NCBI RefSeq assembly: GCF_009914755.1
Contig: NC_060946.1
Source: the human T2T-CHM13v2.0 reference genome, Homo sapiens
Length of the DNA: 64,000 bases
Direction: 5' to 3' (one strand)
Shown: positions 53,001 through 64,000 of the stretch, in pieces
How positions within the stretch are numbered: the first letter of the stretch is position 1
Layout: each line of letters begins with the position of its first letter
Notes under the pieces: model-generated
Seen by the model: the letters and a program-made list of their open reading frames with translations, nothing else
Told to the model about the DNA's origin: nothing
The model's database searches: none
Position numbers and translations under genes: made by a program

Positions 53001-56000
53001 TGCAGATTCAACAAAAAGTGTTTTTCAGAACTGCTCTATCAAAAGAAAGATCCACATCTGTTAGCTGAGTTCACACATCACAAACAAGTTTATGAGAATG
53101 CTTCTGTCTAGTTTTTATTTGAAGATATTTCCTTTCTCACCATAGACCTGAAAGCTGTCCTAATGTTCACTTCCAGATACTACAGAAAGAGTGTTTCAAA
53201 ACTGCTGTACGAAAGGGAATGTTCAACTCTGTGACTTGAATGCACACATCACAAAGAAGTTTCTGAGGATGCTGCTGTCTACTTTTTATACGTAATCCCG
53301 TTTCCAACGAAATCCTCCAAGCTATCCAAATATCCACTTGCAGATTCCACAGAAAGACTGTTTCAAAACTGCTCTGTCAATAGAAAGGTTCAACTCTGTT
53401 AGCTGCGTGCATATATCCCAAAGAAGATTCTGAGATTGCTTCTGTCTAGTTTTTATGGGAAGATATTTCCCTTTTCACCGTAGGTGTCAAGGCGCTCCAA
53501 ATGTCCACTTCCAGATACTACAAAAAGAGTGTTTCAAACCTACTCTGTGAAAAGGAATATTCAACTCTGTGACTTGAATGCACATATCACAAAGAAGTTT
53601 CTGAGAATGCTTCTGTCGAGATTTTATATGAAGATATTCCCGTTTCCAACGAAATCCTGAAATCTATCCAAATATCCCCTCGCAGATTCTACAAAAAGAG
53701 TGTTTCAAAACTGCTCTGTAAAAAGAAAGGTTCAACTCTGTTAGTTGAGTACACACATCACAAACAAGTTTCACAGAATGCTTCTTTCTAGCTTGTAGGG
53801 GAAGATATTCCCTTTATCACCATGGGCCTCCAACCGTCCGAAACGTCCACTTCCATATACTACCAAAAGAGCGTTTCAAACCTGCTCTAGGAAAGGCAAT
53901 GTTCAACTCTGTGACTTGAATGCAGACATCACAGAGCAGTTTCTGAGAATGCTTCTGTCTAGATTTTATAGGAAGATATTCCCGTTTCCAACGAAATCTT
54001 CACAGCTATCCAAATATCCACTTGCAGATTCTACAAAAAGAGTGTATCAAAACTGCTCTCTCAAAAGGAAGGTTCTTCTCTGTTAGGTGAGTGCATACGT
54101 CATAAAGGAGTTTCTGAGAATGTTTCTGTCTAGTGGTTATGGGAAGATATTTGCTTTTTCACCGTAGGCCTCAGAGCGCTCCAAATATCCACTTGCACAT
54201 ACTACAAAAAGAGTGCCTCAAAGCTGCTCTCTGAAATGGAATGTTCAACTCTATGAGTTGAATGCAAACATCACAAATACGTTTCTGAGAATGCTTCTGT
54301 CTAGATTTGATATGAAGATATTCCCGTTTCCAACGAAATCTTCAAATCTATCCAAATGTCCACTTGCAGATTCAACAAAAAGTGTTTTTCAGAACTGCTC
54401 TATCAAAAGAAAGATCCACCTCTGTTAGCTGAGTTCACACATCCAAACAAGTTTATGAGAATGCTTCTGTCTAGTTTTTATTTGAAGATATTTCCTTTCT
54501 CACCATAGACCTGAAAGCTGTCCTAATGTTCACTTCCAGATACTACAGAAAGAGTGTTTCAAAACTGCTGTACGAAAGGGAATGTTCAACTCTGTGACTT
54601 GAATGCACACATCACAAAGAAGTTTCTGAGGATGCTGCTGTCTACTTTTTATACGTAATCCCGTTTCCAACGAAATCCTCCAAGCTATCCAAATATCCAC
54701 TTGCAGATTCCACAGAAAGACTGTTTCAAAACTGCTCTGTCAATAGAAAGGTTCAACTCTGTTAGCTGCGTGCATATATCCCAAAGAAGATTCTGAGATT
54801 GCTTCTGTCTAGTTTTTATGGGAAGATATTTCCCTTTTCACCGTAGGTGTCAAGGCGCTCCAAATGTCCACTTCCAGATACTACAAAAAGAGTGTTTCAA
54901 ACCTACTCTGTGAAAAGGAATATTCAACTCTGTGACTTGAATGCAGATATCACAAAGAAGTTTCTGAGAATGCTTCTGTCGAGATTTTATATGAAGATAT
55001 TCCCGTTTCCAACGAAATCCTGAAATCTATCCAAATATCCCCTCGCAGATTCTACAAAAAGAGTGTTTCAAAACTGCTCTGTAAAAAGAAAGGTTCAACT
55101 CTGTTAGTTGAGTACACACATCACAAACAAGTTTCACAGAATGCTTCTTTCTAGCTTGTAGGGGAAGATATTCCCTTTATCACCATGGGCCTCCAACCGT
55201 CCGAAACGTCCACTTCCATATACTACAAAAAGAGCGTTTCAAACCTGCTCTAGGAAAGGCAATGTTCAACTCTGTGACTTGAATGCAGACATCACAGAGC
55301 AGTTTCTGAGAATGCTTCTGTCTAGATTTTATAGGAAGATATTCCCGTTTCCAACGAAATCTTCACAGCTATCCAAATATCCACTTGCAGATTCTACAAA
55401 AAGAGTGTATCAAAACTGCTCTGTCAAAAGGAAGGTTCTTCTCTGTTAGGTGAGTGCATACGTCATAAAGGAGTTTCTGAGAATGTTTCTGTCTAGTGGT
55501 TATGGGAAGATATTTCCTTTTTCACCGTAGGCCTCAGAGCGCTCCAAATATCCACTTGCACATACTACAAAAAGAGTGCCTCAAAGCTGCTCTTTGAAAC
55601 GGAATGTTCAACTCTATGAGTTGAATGCAAACATCACAAAGACGTTTCTGAGAATGCTTCTGTCTAGATTTGATATGAAGATATTCCCGTTTCCAACGAA
55701 ATCTTCAAATCTATCCAAATGTCCACTTGCAGATTCAACAAAAAGTGTTTTTCAGAACTGCTCTATCAAAAGAAAGATCCACATCTGTTAGCTGAGTTCA
55801 CACATCACAAACAAGTTTATGAGAATGCTTCTGTCTAGTTTTTATTTGAAGATATTTCCTTTCTCACCATAGACCTGAAAGCTGTCCTAATGTTCACTTC
55901 CAGATACTACAGAAAGAGTGTTTCAAAACTGCTGTATGAAAGGGAATGTTGAACTCTGTGACTTGAATGCACACATCACAAAGAAGTTTCTGATGATGCT

Positions 56001-59000
56001 GCTGTCTACTTTTTATATGTAATCCCGTTTCCAACGAAATCCTCCAAGCTATCCAAATATCCACTTGCAGATTCCACAGAAAGACTGTTTCAAAACTGCT
56101 CTGTCAATAGAAAGGTTCAACTCTGTTAGCTGCGTGCATATATCCCAAAGAAGATTCTGAGATTGCTTCTGTCTAGTTTTTATGGGAAGATATTTCCCTT
56201 TTCACCGTAGGCGTCAAGGCGCTCCAAATGTCCACTTCCAGATACTACAAAAAGAGTGTTTCAAACCTACTCTGTGAAAGGGAATATTCAACTCTGTGAC
56301 TTGAATGCACATATCACAAAGAAGTTTCTGATAATGCTTCTGTCGAGATTTTATATGAAGATATTCCCGTTTCCAACGAAATCCTGAAATCTATCCAAAT
56401 ATCCCCTCGCAGATTCTACAAAAAGAGTGTTTCAAAACTGTTCTGTAAAAAGAAAGGTTCAACTCTGTTAGTTGAGTACACACATCACAAACAAGTATCA
56501 CAGAATGCTTCTTTCTAGCTTGTAGGGGAAGATATTCCCTTTATCACCATGGGCCTCAAACCGTCCGAAACGTCCACTTCCATATACTTCAAAAAGAGCG
56601 TTTCAAACCTGCTCTATGAAAGGCAATGTTCAACTCTGTGACTTGAATGCAGACATCACAGACCTGTTTATGAGAATGCTTCTGTCTAGATTTTATAGGA
56701 TGATATTCCCGTTTCCAACGAAATCTTCACAGCTATCCAAATATCCACTTGCAGATTCTACAAAAAGAGTGTATCCAAACTGCTCTGGCAAAAGGAAGGT
56801 TCTTCTCTGTTAGGTGAGTGCATACGTCATAAAGGAGTTTCTGAGAATGTTTCTGTCTAGTGGTTATGGGAAGATATTTGCTTTTTCACCGTAGGCCTCA
56901 GAGCGCTCCAAATATCCACTTGCACATACTACAAAAAGAGTGCCTCAAAGCTGCTCTCTGAAATGGAATGTTCAACTCTATGAGTTGAATGCAAACATCA
57001 CAAAGACGTTTCTGAGAATGCTTCTGTCTAGATTTGATATGAAGATATTCCCGTTTCCAACGAAATCTTCAAATCTATCCAAATGTCCACTTGCAGATTC
57101 AACAAAAAGTGTTTTTCAGAACTGCTCTATCAAAAGAAAGATCCACCTCTGTTAGCTGAGTTCACACATCCAAACAAGTTTATGAGAATGCTTCTGTCTA
57201 GTTTTTATTTGAAGATATTTCCTTTCTCACCATAGACCTGAAAGCTGTCCTAATGTTCACTTCCAGATACTACAGAAAGAGTGTTTCAAAACTGCTGTAC
57301 GAAAGGGAATGTTCAACTCTGTGACTTGAATGCACACATCACAAAGAAGTTTCTGAGGATGCTGCTGTCTACTTTTTATACGTAATCCCGTTTCCAACGA
57401 AATCCTCCAAGCTATCCAAATATCCACTTGCAGATTCCACAGAAAGACTGTTTCAAAACTGCTCTGTCAATAGAAAGGTTCAACTCTGTTAGCTGCGTGC
57501 ATATATCCCAAAGAAGATTCTGAGATTGCTTCTGTCTAGTTTTTATGGGAAGATATTTCCCTTTTCACCGTAGGCGTCAAGGCGCTCCAAATGTCCACTT
57601 CCAGATACTACAAAAAGAGTGTTTCAAACCTACTCTGTGAAAGGGAATATTCAACTCTGTGACTTGAATGCACATATCACAAAGAAGTTTCTGATAATGC
57701 TTCTGTCGAGATTTTATATGAAGATATTCCCGTTTCCAACGAAATCCTGAAATCTATCCAAATATCCCCTCGCAGATTCTACAAAAAGAGTGTTTCAAAA
57801 CTGCTCTGTAAAAAGAAAGGTTCAACTCTGTTAGTTGAGTACACACATCACAAACAAGTTTCACAGAATGCTTCTTTCTAGCTTGTAGGGGAAGATATTC
57901 CCTTTATCACCATGGGCCTCCAACCGTCCGAAACATCCACTTCCATATACTACAAAAAGAGCGTTTCAAACCTGCTCTATGAAAGGCAATGTTCAACTCT
58001 GTGACTTGAATGCAGACATCACAGAGCAGTTTCTGAGAATGCTTCTGTCTAGATTTTATAGGAAGATATTCCCGTTTCCAACGAAATCTTCACAGCTATC
58101 CAAATATCCACTTGCAGATTCTACAAAAGGAGTGTATCAAAACTGCTCTGTCAAAAGGAAGGTTCTTCTCTGTTAGGTGAGTGCATACGTCATAAAGGAG
58201 TTTCTGAGAATGTTTCTGTCTAGTGGTTATGGGAAGATATTTGCTTTTTCACCGTAGGCCTCAGAGCGCTCCAAATATCCACTTGCACATACTACAAAAA
58301 GAGTGCCTCAAAGCTGCTCTCTGAAACGGAATGTTCAACTCTATGAGTTGAATGCAAACATCACAAAGACGTTTCTGAGAATGCTTCTGTCTAGATTTGA
58401 TATGAAGATATTCCCGTTTCCAACGAAATCTTCAAATCTATCCAAATGTCCACTTGCAGATTCAACAAAAAGTGTTTTTCAGAACTGCTCTATCAAAAGA
58501 AAGATCCACCTCTGTTAGCTGAGTTCACACATCACAAACAAGTTTATGAGAATGCTTCTGTCTAGTTTTTATTTGAAGATATTTCCTTTCTCACCATAGA
58601 CCTGAAAGCTGTCCTAATGTTCACTTCCAGATACTACAGAAAGAGTGTTTCAAAACTGCTGTACGAAAGGGAATGTTCAACCCTGTGACTTGAATGCACA
58701 CATCACAAAGAAGTTTCTGAGGATGCTGCTGTCTACTTTTTATACGTAATCCCGTTTCCAACGAAATCCTCCAAGCTATCCAAATATCCACTTGCAGATT
58801 CCACAGAAAGACTGTTTCAAAACTGCTCTGTCAATAGAAAGGTTCAACTCTGTTAGCTGCGTGCATATATCCCAAAGAAGATTCTGAGATTGCTTCTGTC
58901 TAGTTTTTATGGGAAGATATTTCCCTTTTCACCGTAGGCGTCAAGGCGCTCCAAATGTCCACTTCCAGATACTACAAAAAGAGTGTTTCAAACCTACTCT

Positions 59001-59995
59001 GTGAAAGGGAATATTCAACTCTGTGACTTGAATGCACATATCACAAAGAAGTTTCTGATAATGCTTCTGTCGAGATTTTATATGAAGATATTCCCGTTTC
59101 CAACGAAATCCTGAAATCTATCCAAATATCCCCTCGCAGATTCTACAAAAAGAGTGTTTCAAAACTGTTCTGTAAAAAGAAAGGTTCAACTCTGTTAGTT
59201 GAGTACACACATCACAAACAAGTATCACAGAATGCTTCTTTCTAGCTTGTAGGGGAAGATATTCCCTTTATCACCATGGGCCTCAAACCGTCCGAAACGT
59301 CCACTTCCATATACTTCAAAAAGAGCGTTTCAAACCTGCTCTATGAAAGGCAATGTTCAACTCTGTGACTTGAATGCAGACATCACAGAGCTGTTTATGA
59401 GAATGCTTCTGTCTAGATTTTATAGGATGATATTCCCGTTTCCAACGAAATCTTCACAGCTATCCAAATATCCACTTGCAGATTCTACAAAAAGAGTGTA
59501 TCCAAACTGCTCTGGCAAAAGGAAGGTTCTTCTCTGTTAGGTGAGTGCATACGTCATAAAGGAGTTTCTGAGAATGTTTCGGTCTAGTGGTTATGGGAAG
59601 ATATTTGCTTTTTCACCGTAGGCCTCAGAGCGCTCCAAATATCCACTTGCACATACTACAAAAAGAGTGCCTCAAAGCTGCTCTCTGAAATGGAATGTTC
59701 AACTCTATGAGTTGAATGCAAACATCACAAAGACGTTTCTGAGAATGCTTCTGTCTAGATTTGATATGAAGATATTCCCGTTTCCAACGAAATCTTCAAA
59801 TCTATCCAAATGTCCACTTGCAGATTCAACAAAAAGTGTTTTTCAGAACTGCTGTATCAAAAGAAAGATCCACGTCTGTTAGCTGAGTTCACACATCACA
59901 AACAAGTTTATGAGAATGCTTCTGTCTAGTTTTTATTTGAAGATATTTCCTTTCTCACCATAGACCTGAAAGCTGTCCTAATGTTCACTTCCAGA

Positions 59996-61017
59996 TACTA
60001 CAGAAAGAGTGTTTCAAAACTGCTGTACGAAAGGGAATGTTCAACTCTGTGACTTGAATGCACACATCACAAAGAAGTTTCTGAGGATGCTGCTGTCTAC
60101 TTTTTATACGTAATCCCGTTTCCAACGAAATCCTCCAAGCTATCCAAATATCCACTTGCAGATTCCACAGAAAGACTGTTTCAAAACTGCTCTGTCAATA
60201 GAAAGGTTCAACTCTGTTAGCTGCGTGCATATATCCCAAAGAAGATTCTGAGATTGCTTCTGTCTAGTTTTTATGGGAAGATATTTCCCTTTTCACCGTA
60301 GGCGTCAAGGCGCTCCAAATGTCCACTTCCAGATACTACAAAAAGAGTGTTTCAAACCTACTCTGTGAAAGGGAATATTCAACTCTGTGACTTGAATGCA
60401 CATATCACAAAGAAGTTTCTGAGAATGCTTCTGTCGAGATTTTATATGAAGATATTCCCGTTTCCAACGAAATCCTGAAATCTATCCAAATATCCCCTCG
60501 CAGATTCTACAAAAAGAGTGTTTCAAAACTGCTCTGTAAAAAGAAAGGTTCAACTCTGTTAGTTGAGTACACACATCACAAACAAGTTTCACAGAATGCT
60601 TCTTTCTAGCTTGTAGGGGAAGATATTCCCTTTATCACCATGGTCCTCAAACCGTCCGAAACGTCCACTTCCATATACTACAAAAAGAGCGTTTCAAACC
60701 TGCTCTAGGAAAGGCAATGTTCAACTCTGTGACTTGAATGCAGACATCACAGAACAGTTTCTGAGAATGCTTCTGTCTAGATTTTATAGGAAGATATTCC
60801 CGTTTCCAACGAAATCTTCAAATCTATCCAAATGTCCACTTGCAGATTCATCAAAAAGTGTTTTTCAGAACTGCTCTATCAAAAGAAAGATCCACCTCTG
60901 TTAGCTGAGTTCACACATCACAAACAAGTTTATGAGAATGCTTCTGTCTAGTTTTTATTTGAAGATATTTCCTTTCTCACCATAGACCTGAAAGCTGTCC
61001 TAATGTTCACTTCCAGA
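59996..61017 (-). repeat. 6-mer HOR structural variant, copy 5
   Basis: Spacing 59667->62053 = 2386; junction at 60790-60820. Confidence 0.96.
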
Positions 61018-64000
61018 TACTACAGAAAGAGTGTTTCAAAACTGCTGTACGAAAGGGAATGTTCAACTCTGTGACTTGAATGCACACATCACAAAGAAGT
61101 TTCTGAGGATGCTGCTGTCTACTTTTTATACGTAATCCCGTTTCCAACGAAATCCTCCAAGCTATCCAAATATCCACTTGCAGATTCCACAGAAAGACTG
61201 TTTCAAAACTGCTCTGTCAATAGAAAGGTTCAACTCTGTTAGCTGCGTGCATATATCCCAAAGAAGATTCTGAGATTGCTTCTGTCTAGTTTTTATGGGA
61301 AGATATTTCCCTTTTCACCGTAGGCGTCAAGGCGCTCCAAATGTCCACTTCCAGATACTACAAAAAGAGTGTTTCAAACCTACTCTGTGAAAGCGAATAT
61401 TCAACTCTGTGACTTGAATGCACATATCACAAAGAAGTTTCTGAGAATGCTTCTGTCGAGATTTTATATGAAGATATTCCCGTTTCCAACGAAATCCTGA
61501 AATCTATCCAAATATCCCCTCGCAGATTCTACAAAAAGAGTGTTTCAAAACTGCTCTGTAAAAAGAAAGGTTCAACTCTGTTAGTTGAGTACACACATCA
61601 CAAACAAGTTTCACAGAATGCTTCTTTCTAGCTTGTAGGGGAAGATATTCCCTTTATCACCATGGGCCTCCAACCGTCCGAAACGTCCACTTCCATATAC
61701 TACCAAAAGAGCGTTTCAAACCTGCTCTAGGAAAGGCAATGTTCAACTCTGTGACTTGAATGCAGACATCACAGAGCAGTTTCTGAGAATGCTTCTGTCT
61801 AGATTTTATAGGAAGATATTCCCGTTTCCAACGAAATCTTCACAGCTATCCAAATATCCACTTGCAGATTCTACAAAAAGAGTGTATCAAAACTGCTCTG
61901 TCAAAAGGAAGGTTCTTCTCTGTTAGGTGAGTGCATACGTCATAAAGGAGTTTCTGAGAATGTTTCTGTCTAGTGGTTATGGGAAGATATTTGCTTTTTC
62001 ACCGTAGGCCTCAGAGCGCTCCAAATATCCACTTGCACATACTACAAAAAGAGTGCCTCAAAGCTGCTCTCTGAAACGGAATGTTCAACTCTATGAGTTG
62101 AATGCAAACATCACAAAGACGTTTCTGAGAATGCTTCTGTCTAGATTTGATATGAAGATATTCCCGTTTCCAACGAAATCTTCAAATCTATCCAAATGTC
62201 CACTTGCAGATTCAACAAAATGTGTTTTTCAGAACTGCTCTATCAAAAGAAAGATCCACCTCTGTTAGCTGAGTTCACACATCACAAACAAGTTTATGAG
62301 AATGCTTCTGTCTAGTTTTTATTTGAAGATATTTCCTTTCTCACCATAGACCTGAAAGCTGTCCTAATGTTCACTTACAGATACTACAGAAAGAGTGTTT
62401 AAAAACTGCTGTACGAAAGGGAATGTTCAACTCTGTGACTTGAATGCACACATCACAAAGAAGTTTCTGAGGATGCTGCTGTCTACTTTTTATACGTAAT
62501 CCCGTTTCCAACGAAATCCTCCAAGCTATCCAAATATCCACTTGCAGATTCCACAGAAAGACTGTTTCAAAACTGCTCTGTCAATAGAAAGGTTCAACTC
62601 TGTTAGCTGCGTGCATATATCCCAAAGAAGATTCTGAGATTGCTTCTGTCTAGTTTTTATGGGAAGATATTTCCCTTTTCACCGTAGGCGTCAAGGCGCT
62701 CCAAATGTCCACTTCCAGATACTACAAAAAGAGTGTTTCAAACCTACTCTGTGAAAGGGAATATTCAACTCTGTGACTTGAATGCACATATCACAAAGAA
62801 GTTTCTGAGAATGCTTCTGTCGAGATTTTATATGAAGATGTTCCCGTTTCCAACGAAATCCTGAAATCTATCCAAATATCACCTCGCAGATTCTACAAAA
62901 AGAGTGTTTCAAAACTGCTCTGTAAAAAGAAAGTTTCAACTCTGTTACTTGAGTACACACATCACAAACAAGTTTCACAGAATGCTTCTTTCTAGCTTGT
63001 AGGGGAAGATATTCCCTTTATCACCATGGTCCTCAAACCGTCCGAAACGTCCACTTCCATATACTACAAAAAGAGCGTTTCAAACCTGCTCTATGAAAGG
63101 CAATGTTCAACTCTGTGACTTGAATGCAGACATCACAGAGCAGTTTCTGAGAATGCTTCTGTCTAGATTTTATAGGAAGATATTCCCGTTTCCAACGAAA
63201 TCTTCACAGCTATCCAAATATCCACTTGCAGATTCTACAAAAAGAGTGTATCAAAACTGCTCTGTCAAAAGGAAGGTTCTTCTCTGTTAGGTGAGTGCAT
63301 ACGTCATAAAGGAGTTTCTGAGAATGTTTCTGTCTAGTGGTTATGGGAAGATATTTGCTTTTTCACCGTAGTCCTCAGAGCGCTCCAAATATCCACTTGC
63401 ACATACTACAAAAAGAGTGCCTCAAAGCTGCTCTCTGAAACGGAATGTTCAACTCTATGAGTTGAATGCAAACATCACAAAGACGTTTCTGAGAATGCTT
63501 CTGTCTAGATTTGATATGAAGATATTCCCGTTTCCAACGAAATCTTCAAATCTATCCAAATGTCCACTTGCAGATTCAACAAAAAGTGTTTTTCAGAACT
63601 GCTCTATCAAAAGAAAGATCCACCTCTGTTAGCTGAGTTCACACATCACAAACAAGTTTATGAGAATGCTTCTGTCTAGTTTTTATTTGAAGATATTTCC
63701 TTTCTCACCATAGACCTGAAAGCTGTCCTAATGTTCACTTCCAGATACTACAGAAAGAGTGTTTCAAAACTGCTGTACGAAAGGGAATGTTCAACTCTGT
63801 GACTTGAATGCACACATCACAAAGAAGTTTCTGAGGATGCTGCTGTCTACTTTTTATACGTAATCCCGTTTCCAACGAAATCCTCCAAGCTATCCAAATA
63901 TCCACTTGCAGATTCCACAGAAAGACTGTTTCAAAACTGCTCTGTCAATAGAAAGGTTCAACTCTGTTAGCTGCGTGCATATATCCCAAAGAAGATTCTG

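Larger units (their letters stand above)
1..64000 (-). repeat. Alpha-satellite higher-order-repeat array (centromeric), 8-mer HOR of 1363/1364 bp, SF2-type
   Basis: Seen: ~171-bp periodicity of alphoid motifs (ttcaactctgt, tttctgagaatgcttctgtctag, tatccacttgcagatt), near-identical recurrence every 1363/1364 bp (marker ORF starts 1036, 2399, 3762, 5126...), and a CENP-B box every ~342 bp. Known: these are hallmarks of alphoid HOR arrays. Strand is given as minus because the conventional alphoid/CENP-B reading is the reverse complement. Confidence 0.99.

Noticed and set aside
712-63290. 65-aa ORF (MKGNVQLCDL...) in a subset of units
   Set aside because: Its presence depends on one SNV (ctctatg vs ctctagg). 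It is the same satellite frame as the 71-aa ORF one dimer away. No evidence of coding selection or gene structure.
1036-63632. 43 copies of a 71-aa ORF (MPQSCSLK...)
   Set aside because: It lies wholly within alpha-satellite monomers, actually starts at GTG (gtgcctcaa), resembles no real protein family I recognise and recurs only because the HOR recurs. Useful only as a ruler and haplotype marker.
119-63881. Regularly spaced conserved ~17-31-bp motif resembling a CRISPR repeat-spacer array
   Set aside because: The intervening ~320 bp are themselves repeated alphoid monomers, not unique spacers. The motif is the CENP-B box and there are no cas genes.
1-64000. Possible inversion, or L1/Alu/other insertion
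   Set aside because: Unit arithmetic (43 8-mers + 5 6-mers + 255 bp) accounts for every base. All boxes and ORFs share one orientation, and no poly-A tail, target-site duplication or non-alphoid stretch was seen.
1-64000. Assignment to D10Z1 (also has 8-mer/6-mer HORs) or another SF1 array
   Set aside because: SF1 J2 boxes sit in a GGCCTTCGTTGGAAACGGGATTTCTTC context (from recall), whereas these read GATTTCGTTGGAAACGGGAATATCTTC, which is SF2 style.
1-64000. A novel encoded biological system
   Set aside because: Nothing in the window is other than alpha satellite. The unusual content is limited to array architecture and mutation history, so claiming a new system would be unsupported.

Overview
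The whole 64 kb window is one uninterrupted, single-orientation array of primate centromeric alpha satellite (~171-bp monomers), most likely human. It is built from an 8-monomer higher-order repeat (HOR) of 1364 bp, or 1363 bp when a 1-bp deletion is present. Using the ORF track as a ruler, there are 43 full 8-mers (26 x 1364, 17 x 1363), five 6-mer variants (1022 bp) and a 255-bp partial unit at the right edge. A canonical CENP-B box (TTTCGTTGGAAACGGGA, minus strand) sits in every second monomer, alternating with pJalpha-type A-box monomers. The box context (GATTTCGTTGGAAACGGGAATATCTTC) is suprachromosomal family 2 (D1/D2 dimer) style. An SF2 8-mer best fits the live chr14/chr22 array (D14Z9/D22Z1, S2C14/22H1L), but that assignment is from recall, not alignment. 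I see no genes, RNA genes, transposon insertions, inversions or CRISPR arrays, and all listed ORFs are satellite artefacts. I found no new coding system. The real signal is structure above the HOR level. Typing units by diagnostic SNVs (by eye) gives: A B C A' D B C 6 E 6 E F | A B C A' D B C A'' D G 6 C A' D B C D' G 6 E F | C X H H C A' D B C A' D A'' 6 E F. This is three related macro-blocks that each end in '6-E-F', remodelled by nested duplications (offsets 1363, 2386, 5454, 11931 and 15680 bp), in-register deletions and short conversion-like patches. All variant comparisons were done by eye and need confirming by alignment.
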